Shown here: positions 54,330 through 64,000 of the stretch, one piece after another | How positions within the stretch are numbered: the first letter of the stretch is position 1 | Layout of the letters: each line of letters opens with the position of its first letter | Source of the DNA: Felis catus | Lineage: Eukaryota | Reading direction: 5' to 3' | DNA: 64,000 nucleotides | Assembly (NCBI RefSeq): GCF_018350175.1 | Contig: NC_058368.1 | Coordinates: 16,494,001-16,558,000, forward strand | Made by a program: the position numbers and the translations under genes | The notes under the pieces: model-generated | What the model was told of the DNA's origin: nothing | What the model saw: only the letters and a program-made list of their open reading frames with translations | Database searches by the model: none

Positions 54330-54545
54330 ATTCATTGGGTACTTGTATGTTCTAGCCATCTGCCTTGTGATTAATACCCACCGTGCCATTTAATTCTCAC
54401 AACTCTAAGAGGAAGAAATAGTGTTATTGTACTTTATAGAAGCACAGAGAGATTAAGTAGTTCCCTCAGGTTGCATAACTAGTAAGTGGTTAGAACCAGG
54501 GTATGAGCCCAGGTAGTCTGGCTCCACACCTCTACACTTTACTCC
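54330..54545 (-). mobile_element. MIR
   Basis: ttaattctcacaactct...gaagcacagagagattaagta...ctagtaagtgg...cccaggtagtctggctcca. Confidence 0.75.
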
Positions 54546-55139
54546 TGCATTGTTTAGCTTTCTAATACAAATTGAAAATAACTGTGAAAAATGAATATCT
54601 GTTCATATACATATATGCATATATATGTGTATATATATGCATATATATATATATACATATATATATAGTTGATTTAGAAAAGGTCATCACCTGTATTAAG
54701 AAATATTTTCAACTAAAATACTTTTATGCTTTACTTATAGGTTACAACTCATTTTTAGATTTCTTCAAATTTCATTTTGTGCATCTATAATAACAATGAA
54801 ATGCCTGAGGACTTTAAAAAGCACAGGACGTAATATTTGGTGATTTGAAAAGAACTATAATAGGCAAAGTGAATAACAAATGCAGACATAATTCTAATAT
54901 ATACATAATGTTTTGTTCTTTCAAAATGCTTTCACATATATGAATTCTCCTAACAATCCTGGGAGAAATGATATCCATTTTTAAGAGATGAGGAAACAAG
55001 TTTGGGAGTTAATGTGTTCAAATGACTTCACACATAAAGACACAAAACATAATTAAGATGTATCTGTAAGGGCATGCCTTAACAACTAAGACCTGTGTCA
55101 ACAAACTGTAAGTGAAAAATTAATTATATAAAATTCTTT

Positions 55140-55195
55140 TTTAAATTTAATTTAATTTTTATTTTATTTTTATTTATTTATTTTAATGTTTATTT

Positions 55196-55234
<39 letters not shown>

Positions 55235-55560
55235 AGCAGGAGAAGGGCAGAGAGAGGGAGACACAGAATCAGAATCAGGGTCCAGGCTCCTAGCTGTCAG
55301 CACAGAGCCCAATGTGGGGATAAAAAAATTTAATTTTATTTTTAACTTTATTTTGGAGAGAGAGAGAGAGAGAGAGAGAGATAAAGAGAGAGAGAGAGAG
55401 AATGAACTGGGGAGAGAGGCAGAGGGAAAGAAAGAATCTTAAGCAGGTTCCATGCTCAGCATGGAACCTGACAGGGGCTCGAGCCCACAACCCTGGAATC
55501 ATAACATAAGCCAAAATCCAGAGGTGGACATTCAACCAACTGAGCCACCCACCTTCCCCT
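55140..55560 (-). mobile_element. Two tandem Can-SINEs (5'-truncated copy in tail of a full copy)
   Basis: Full copy 55330-55560; headless copy 55140-55320. Confidence 0.85.
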
Positions 55561-56034
55561 ATATATAATTCTTAATTGTCAAAAATGCCTTGATAATCTC
55601 TAACTGTTGATATTTTATTTTTATATGGCATAGATTATTTTAAATATATCATAAATAGATCACAGAGTTTCAGACCTGGAAAGTCATATACTGATCTTCT
55701 TATCCAACTCCCTTAGAGAATACTCATGTGTGAAAGAATTAAGATTTCTAGCATAGCTGCTACTGAAAACATTTTATACAATTTTTATTATATGAGCTAA
55801 TGAATACTGATTAGCACTTGTCCCATAGGCAGAAAATAATTGTCTTGGGGTCTGTATAACTCAATATTATAAACTCTAGCAATGCAAACATGCTATAAGC
55901 CACCTATTTCCATCAATGGCAAATTACACATCCACTTATACAATGAATTAAACATTCCTTTACAGCTGCTACCATGTTTTATATACACTTTGTCTCCTTT
56001 CAGTAAAACCTAGTGGAGAATTCTTGAGTTGAAG

Positions 56035-56168
56035 TTATTGATTGATTGATTGACTGACTTCACAGCCAACACAGACCCCAATGTGGGGCTTGAATTCACA
56101 ACCCTGAGATCCAGACCTGAGCTGAGATGAACAGTCTGTCGCTTAACTGACTGAGCCACTCAGGTGCC
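56035..56168 (-). mobile_element. Short Can-SINE with (TTGA)n tail
   Basis: cttaactgactgagccactcaggtgcc head. Confidence 0.8.
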
Positions 56169-59100
56169 ACTTTTTCCATTTAATAAGGATCCCTGCGTAT
56201 AGAACACCACCAGCAGAAACAAGGTTCACTGACTGGTTGGAAAGGGACTTTTCTCTCGGTAGTATCTGACCCTGAGGTTTTGTTCCTTTGAAGGGTATGT
56301 TTTGTACTAGTTTGGAAGATTATGGTATTTTAGCTGGGACTCTGGATAACAGTAAAGAAAGTAGTCTGGATACTACTAAATACATCCGAAATTCTGAAAC
56401 CCATAGCTTAAAATTTGCTGTCAAGGTTTTGCATTTTATATTTTATAATGAACATCTGATAACAAGTCAGAAGAGCCAACCTAATGTCAATTCAAATGCC
56501 CAAAGAATGAATCTTTCCGTCAGTCCCTATGTCCCTATGTGTAAAGTTCTTCTTGGTGTCCTTAACTGTGACAGATGCCACTGTTTAATTATTGAGAAAT
56601 AGAAACATTTTTTTTTCTTGAAATCAAATTGAATGTACTTCTAAGTAAAATTGGGAAGAATCAGAAATGTCATTGAAAAAAGGGTAAAGTCAGAATAAGA
56701 TAAAACCAGAGAAAGAGCAAACGTAAACAGTGGAAATACGGAAGGGAAGTTTTGTAGAAAGACTCATGCCTTTACTGAGTTCGATGAGTTCAGTTATAAC
56801 TGATGGGAATTTATCTGCACAAAAGTCCTTCTAAATAGAAAATATGGAAGGATTCTGGGAAGGTACCAGAGGGCTCAATCATACACTGCTGGATATCAAA
56901 CCATCAAGAATATGGAAACTCAGAGTTAACGAGTGTGCTTTTTCCTACACCTTCATCTCTGTACGGTAGGAATGTTTTACACAGTGTGATCTCCATATGT
57001 TAACTTCGATTTTAAAATAAATCAAAGGATAGCCTCATGACATTACTGTATAGAACAAAGTATTTATTGTGCTTAATTAAAGACAGAAGAAAAAATAAAA
57101 TAAAACTGGGGGGAGGGGTTTTGTCATTGTTCCTAGAGATCTACTGGTGCTGCACCAAACCTGTATTAATACCAAAGGAGCTCAGATATCCATTTGCAAA
57201 CATGTAGACTGGGCATTTAGAACACATATAATGAATAATTCCCTAAGCTACTGCAATGACATCTATACAACTGAAATATTCTTCCCCGCATCTCTATTAA
57301 CATCTTAAGTCAGTGTACCTAACCTATGAAAGCTCTTGTGTGTGTGGATAAAAAGAGGATGACTTTAGGCTGAGTGGTCTTCAGAGTCAAAGTGTGAGGT
57401 CGACAAGATTAATTATACTCATTGCTCTCTTCCGATTTTACCTGATTAATCAGAGAGGGGCGGGGTAGTGTATGTTCTCCCACCAGTATGGAGTCTAAAC
57501 ATAAATGCCTGTGACTGCCTCTCACTCACTGCTCCATCAGGCTCTGGCCCCTTGGCCCCAGGCCCTTGGACTGCACCCTGCTAGCCTCTTCTGGCCCTGC
57601 AACATCAGGTGGAGCCAACACACTATTCTTATTCTTCAAGAGTACTAAAGTTTAAAATTTCCATTCCCAAAGAACCGTCTAGTCCAAACTCCAACCTTAA
57701 TAACATCCATGAAGAAAACTGCAGAAAATTGTTTAAATTGGTTTATAGAAAAAAATGATTGCTGGGGCACCTTATAAATTCAGGTTCTCTCTGAGAAAAT
57801 TACAATGATTACATGTGCCAACTTCTTTCCCTGCCCTTTGTCCATATTTGATTAAGACTTTGAACTCAGCCATACACACTTCTCTCTCCATCTCCTTCGC
57901 TCTCTCTATATACAGAGGTTGTTAATATGCTACAACAACTTCTCACTGGCTTCAAAACCCTTCCTTCCTGATTCCCATCAGTGCTCATAACTATGTCTAT
58001 AACTGCACAGCAGTGTTACTGGCTCTTATGTAAACATTCCATTTGAGCATTTAGATTGGACACTGGCCAAAGCAAACAGTTCCCTAAAGTATGGATCTTT
58101 AAAAGGGTCACACTTACTTTTCAGCAAAATAACAACAACAACAACAACAACAATAAAAGTATTGTTGCTCTAACTAGTTGAATATCAAGAACCCCACCTA
58201 ATTATTCCTGTGTCATAATTATAATACATTTCAGTATCTTTTAAAAGAAAAACAAATGCATATAACACAATGTTAAACATTGCAAATTACCTGAGGACAA
58301 GACACCTGGGTCCCTCTTTCTCGGTCACACCCATCTTGCTACAGAAAAGGTTCTCTCTGAACCCACTATAAGTATAAGGGATTAAATCAACTTACGCTAG
58401 CCCAAAACATGCCCGCTGCATTGCCATATCCAAAGAGAAATACAAAGAGAGTTAAAAGTTTCCCCATCTTTCTAAGATGATTATAAGCCCATTGCTCTCC
58501 TTTGTGTCCATTTTGTTTCTGAAATAAATAACCAACTGTTTTAAAGCAGAAAAAAGCACCTAGAGTAAGGTGACTCATTAAAGGCTTAAAAAGTCCTTTA
58601 AAAATCATATTTGAGATCTTCAATTAAATGATATAAATTTAAGTTTCAAACTTTTTAATTGCACAAGTGCTTTTTACTTATTTTCAGAAGAAGACTCACA
58701 CCTTTTTGGTCGTAGGAGATGTCGTGGATCCTCTCATTGCTGACGGGGGCTAAAAGACCTTGTTCCTCTCACATTTATCTCCTTTCTTCTTCTACTACTT
58801 ACTTATAAGAACATTTCAAAGACTCTGTTCTCTTTCTTCAGAATACAAAGGAAGACATGAACATACCAATGAAGGAAATGATGTTCTATGAATTCAAAGC
58901 TGTGCTTCCAAATGATTATCTCAACGTTATGCTGAAAAGGTTCACCAAAACACCAAAAGTCCACGACCCTTTAAGAGATCTTTAATGAAACTGAAATGAA
59001 AATAAAAACATGGGCAGGCCTGTCTCAGTAATTACAGTAGTATTTGCTTTGTGAATCTTTGGGAGTGGGGGAAATGGCACCTGGTGCAATGGCTCTTGTA

Positions 59101-59265
59101 GGGAAAAGAAGCATGCTGCACATGACCAATTGCATAACTCTAGGGAGCTCATTCTCACCGTAGGAAAGAGTTTGGGGGAAGGACTTTGGTGGCACTGTGA
59201 TGAACCACCCATATCCCTCTTCAGTGAAGTCTTCGTTGCCTCATTTGCTAACAATTGAAGTGCAG

Positions 59266-59412
59266 AGGGGCGTCTGGGTGGCTCAGTGGGTTTCCAACTC
59301 TTGATTTTGGCTCAGGTCATGATCTCACAGTTTGTGAGCAAGCTTAGCGTGGAGCCTGCTTGGGAAACTGTCTCTCTCTCTCAAAATAAACAAATAAACT
59401 GGAAAAAAAAAA
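59266..59412 (+). mobile_element. Can-SINE (internally deleted)
   Basis: ggggcgtctgggtggctcag...aaaataaacaaataaa. Confidence 0.85.
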
Positions 59413-61755
59413 CAATGCAAAGACTATAAGATTAGACACAAAATACCAAACTATATGCTGCTGTTAAGAATATGCAATTTATCATAAAATCCACTTATGA
59501 AAAACCCACAGCTAACATCATCCTCAATGGGGAAAAACTGAGAGCTTTTTCCCTGAGATCAGGAACACGACAGGGATGCCCACTCTCACCGCTGTTGTTT
59601 AACATAGTGTTGGAAGTTCTAGCATCAGCAATCAGACAACAAAAGGAAATCAAAGGCATCAAAATTGGCAAAGATGAATTCAAGCTTTCACTTTTTGCAG
59701 ATGACATGATATTATACATGGAAAATCCGACAGACTCCACCAAAAGTCTGCTAGAACTGATACATGAATTCAGCAAAGTGGCAGGATACAAAATCAATGT
59801 ACAGAAATCAGTTGCATTCTTATACACTAACAATGAAGCAACACAAAGACAAAGAAACTGATCCCATTCACAATTGCACCAAGAAGCATAAAATACCTAG
59901 GAATAAATCTAACCAAAGATGTAAAAGATCTGTATGCTGAAAACTATAGAAAGCTTATGAAGGTAATTGAAGAGGATATAAAGAAATGGAAAGACATTCC
60001 CTGCTCATGGATTGGAAGAATAAATATTGTCTAAATGTCAATACTACCCAAAGCTATCTATACATTCAATGCAATCCCAATCAAAATTGCACCAGCATTC
60101 TTCTCGAAACTAGAACAAGCAATTCTAAAATTCATATGGAACCACAAAAGACCCCAAATAGCCAAAGTAATTTTGAAGAAGAAGACCAAAGCAGCAGGCA
60201 TCACAATCCCAGACTTTAGCCTCTACTACAAAGCTGTAATCATCAAGACAGCATGGTATTGGCACAAAAACAGACACATAGACCAATGGAATAGAATAGA
60301 AACCCCAGAACTAGACCCACAAACGCATGGCCAACTAATCTTTGACAAAGCAGAAAAGAACATCCAATGGAAAAAAGACAGCCTCTTTAACAAATGGTGC
60401 TGGGAGAACTGGACAGCAACATGCAGAAGGTTGAAACTAGACCACTTTCTCACACCATTCACAAAAATAAACTCAAAATGGATAAAGGACCTGAATGTGA
60501 GACAGGAAACCATCAAAACCCTAGAGGAGAAAGCAGGAAAAGACCTCTCTGACCTCAGCCGTAGCAATCTCTTAACTCGACACATCCCCAAAGGCAAGGG
60601 AATTAAAAGCAAAAATGAATTACTGGGACCTTATGAAGATAAAAGCTTCTGCACAGCAAAGGAAACAACCAACAAAACTAAAAGGCAACCAACAGAATGG
60701 GAAAAGATATTTGCAAATGACATATCGGACAAAGGGCTAGTATCCAAAATCTATAAAGAGCTCACCAAACTCCACACCCGAAAAACAAATAACCCAGTGA
60801 AGAAATGGGCAGAAAACATGAATAGACACTTCTCTAAAGAAGACATCCGGATGGCCAACAGGCACATGAAAAGATGCTCAACGTCGCTCCTCATCAGGGA
60901 AATACAAATCAAAACCACACTCAGATATCACCTCACGCCTGTCAGAGTGGCCAAAATGAACAAATCAGGAGACTATAGATGCTGGAGAGGATGTGGAGAA
61001 ACGGGAACCCTCTTGCACTGTTGGTGGGAATGCAAATTGGTGCAGCCACTCTGGAAAGCAGTGTGGAGGTTCCTCAGAAAATTAAAAATAGACCTACCCT
61101 ATAACCCAGCAATAGCACTGCTAGGAATTTACCCAAGGGATACAGGAATACTGATGCATAGGGGCACTTGTACCCCAATGTTTATAGCAGCACTCTCAAC
61201 AATAGCCAAATGATGGAAAGAGCCTAAATGTCCATCAACTGATGAATGGATAAAGAAATTGTGGTTTATATACACAATGGAGTACTACGTGGCAATGAGA
61301 AAGAACGAAATATGGCCCTTAGTAGCAACGTGGATGGAAGTGGAGAGTGTGATGCTAAGTGAAATAAGCCATACAGAGAAAGACAGATACCATATGTTTT
61401 CACTCTTATGTGGATCCTGAGAAACTTAACAGAAACCCATGAAGGAGGGGAAGGAAAAAAATAAAAAAGAGGTTAGAGTGGGAGAGAGCCAAAGCATAAG
61501 AGACTGTTAAAAACTGAGAACAAACTGAGGGTTGATGGGGGGTGGGAGGGAGGGGAGGGTGGGTGATGGGTATTGAGGAGGGCACCTTTTGGGATGAGCA
61601 CTGGGTGTTGTATGGAAACCAATTTGACAATAAATTTCATATATTGAAAAAAAAATAAAAATATAATAGATTTGCATAAAAAAGAATATGCAATTTAAAT
61701 ATAAAGACAGCCACCAGTTTAATGTAAAAGGAGAATAAAAGGTACACCATGCTGC
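59413..61755 (+). mobile_element. Old L1 ORF2 endonuclease-region remnant (59413-59481 joined to 61682-61755), split by the young L1
   Basis: Rejoined sequence ccaaactatatgctgctgttaagaatatgcaatttaaatataaagacag...gtaaaaggagaataaaaggtacaccatgc resembles the PTICCLQETHFKYKD...KVKGWKKIYHA region. Confidence 0.7.
59482..61681 (+). mobile_element. Young 5'-truncated felid LINE-1 (RT domain to 3'UTR), inactivated ORF2
   Basis: [31 protein letters not shown]-terminal HCWWECK; G-rich 3'UTR, AATAAA, poly-A; 16-bp TSD aagaatatgcaattta (59466-59481, 61682-61697); frameshift near 59850, stops at 60032-60034 and 61211-61213. Confidence 0.97.
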
Positions 61756-61756
61756 T

Positions 61757-62170
61757 TTGCATCTGTTGTTTTCCACTCAAGTCTTAAAAAAAACTTTTCT
61801 TTCGAATTGTTTTGATTTTAGGTATTTTTCCTCATTTTTCCTAGTTTTCCTGACTCTTTTTTCAACAGTGTCTATTCCTGCTCTTTACAATTTCCCCCCT
61901 TCTTGGTTTCATTTTGTGTTTAATTTCTTAATCTTGTCAACTCACAGTTGTTTCATTTTTTTTCTTGTCCCATCATCTCCTCCCCACGTGCCTTTGCTAT
62001 GGTTTGTGCTATTGCTTCATAGGAATTATTTTTAAACTCAGAGTAAAATGTCAGTTGCTTCTGCTCCTTATCATACATTTTTATCATGCTGTCTTCATCT
62101 CTTAACTTTATTTTCTTACCCCTACTCATTATTTTCCTGCAACAACTTGTACAGCTTCTGTACTGCTCTT
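61757..62170 (-). mobile_element. HAL1-like (L1 ORF1-related) degraded fragment; may extend to about 62900
   Basis: Purine-rich minus strand with ggaatagacactgttgaaaaaagagtcagg and gaggagatgatgggacaag...tgtgagttg, resembling recalled HAL1 coiled-coil region. Confidence 0.45.
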
Positions 62171-62387
62171 TTTAAATGCTTATCCATTTATTTTGAGAGA
62201 GAGAGAGAGAGAAAGAGAGAGAGCACACACATGTGTGCTAGTGGGGGAGGGGCAGAGAGAGAGGGACAGAGAATACCAAGCACAGAGCCTAACGAGGGTC
62301 CAGACCCCATGAACGCAACCATGAGATCATGACCTGAGCTGAAATCAAAAGCGCTAGCTCAACCAACTGAGCCACCCAGGAGTCCCT
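62168..62387 (-). mobile_element. Can-SINE
   Basis: Head aactgagccacccaggagtccc; (GA)n. Confidence 0.88.
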
Positions 62388-64000
62388 ATACTGGTTCAGT
62401 TTTAACTCATCGGACATTGTGAGTTTTGCTGGGATAAGCTATACATATGGCATTTGCCTAATGGAAGTACCAAAGCAACCTTCATACCATCTGGACATTT
62501 AGTTGATTTAGTTGGTAATGTCTTTATAGCCAGTGACGATGAGCAGCTGAGAGATTTTCAAAGTGAAAAGGTTTTCTCTTCCTCCTCTGCCAAAGAGACA
62601 ATGCTTCTTATGAGTAGTTCTTTCTTTATTCTTTCCCCTGGTTCTGGGAGATCACCTGACACTTTTAGGGGTAACTGTCAATCCATATTCATTGTTAGAA
62701 ACGAGATATTTTCATCCTTTCAAGGTTTAGTGCCTCAACTGTAAGAAGAGTGTTTGGGCTGCATCTTTACAAGATTTGTTGTCGCCTTCTTTCAATGGCG
62801 TTCTGCTTGGTCTCCATGCTTCCCATAATCCTTTATTCCATCAGCTTTCTGGGGTCTTAACTATTTTCTAATTTTAACAAAATTTTAGGTTGTAATTTAA
62901 AAATTTTTCTTATTTCTTTATACTTTATCGAGGAAGAATAGGCTATCTCTAAATAGGAAATCCCCACAAAGCACTAAATAGTTACTGTAGATTATCCTTA
63001 AATATAATTTTCTATAATTGAGCTCCTGAATCATAGTATCTTAATATTTTTCATTCAGTAGGATACTATTTATCTTCATGTTATGTCTACATTTCCCTCA
63101 TAAATTCAGTACATTTAGATAAAATAGATAAGTGTTTTTTTTAATAACAATTTTCAAAAAAATTAGAGTATCAACTTCAACTTTTTACAACTCAAAATAC
63201 TCAGGTAAAGAGGACACCTGAATTTTTAACCTCACATTTGGACTTAAATAATATTTTCATGAATTCATGCTTAGCATAAAATCAATTATTGAACAAAAAA
63301 TTTTTTAAAGGCACAATTGCCTGATAGCCATAACTTACAGAGATGATAATTTGAAGAAAAGGCTTTAAATGAGTAAGATATGAAATTAATATTAGAAAAT
63401 AAGCATGACTGAGTATTGGAAATCAGAGCTACGCTGCTGGAATAATTGAATGTGACTTAAAGAGCTATATTGCCATTTCCCAGCAGGTAAAAGGAGTTCA
63501 GCACAACAGAGTTGAGGGATAGTTAATGAAAAAGTCAATATATTTCATGCTTCTACCCAAGGTGTTACTTTTCAAAAATCCAGTTACACCTAAAGGATTT
63601 ATAAACTTGAACGGTATTATCACCGATACTGTAATATTAGTCTGGATTATGTAAATATTAGCACAGTTTTCACCTAAAAGAAAAAAAAATGATTCATATA
63701 TGTTCTACATTGTTACCTGATTTTCAAAGATTCTGAGTACAATATTGATAAGATAATTAATTTTTTCACTTTTATACATTCTTCCAAATTCTGTTCCCAA
63801 TCCTAAGTTATGTGTTGTTTTTGAATACTTTAGGTCAGGTTTATTCTAACTTGGTTTTGACTGTTTTAAATGTTGTTATTTAAGGAAAGTTATTACTTAA
63901 TATATTGATAAAATAAAAACTTTACCCACTGAGTTTTAATAGAATTATGCTGCTGGTAGAGAGTTAAAAACAATCAAGCCATTTCAAGGAAATTATTTTC

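Noticed and set aside
59472..61213. Reverse-transcriptase ORFs as a host gene, domesticated RT or novel retro-system
   Set aside because: Ordinary 5'-truncated L1 ORF2 with frameshifts, stops, poly-A and TSD.
1..64000. CRISPR-like arrays, operons or another novel multi-gene system
   Set aside because: No regularly spaced repeat-spacer array; repeats are dispersed SINEs, TSDs and local duplications in eukaryotic intron sequence.

Overview
Mammalian genomic DNA from a carnivore, almost certainly a felid, judged by numerous Can-SINEs including CpG-rich young SINEC_Fc-type copies and a felid-type L1. The only recognisable gene feature is the first coding exon (exon 2) of TRPC4 on the minus strand: exon 31726-32130, CDS 31726-32103, 126 codons of the N-terminal ankyrin region, with canonical AG/GT sites. 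By comparison with the human gene structure, the rest should be TRPC4 intron 1 (>32130) and intron 2 (<31726). It is filled with about 28 Can-SINEs, L1/L2/MIR/HAL1-like remnants, hAT DNA transposons, LTR remnants and microsatellites. I found no evidence for a new multi-gene system, and nearly all other listed ORFs are artefacts of repeats. The most notable details are: (1) two upstream ATGs within 12 nt of the TRPC4 start; (2) an exon length (405 nt) and flanking inverted SINEs compatible with a circular RNA encoding an ankyrin-only peptide (speculative); (3) an intact 489-bp solo LTR with a 6-bp TSD and a duplicated E-box; (4) a young 5'-truncated L1 with a 16-bp TSD and extra 3' sequence, nested in an older L1; (5) an apparent tail-only retro-insertion. 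Repeat family names come from my recall of consensus sequences, not from a search. Boundaries of old repeats are approximate.
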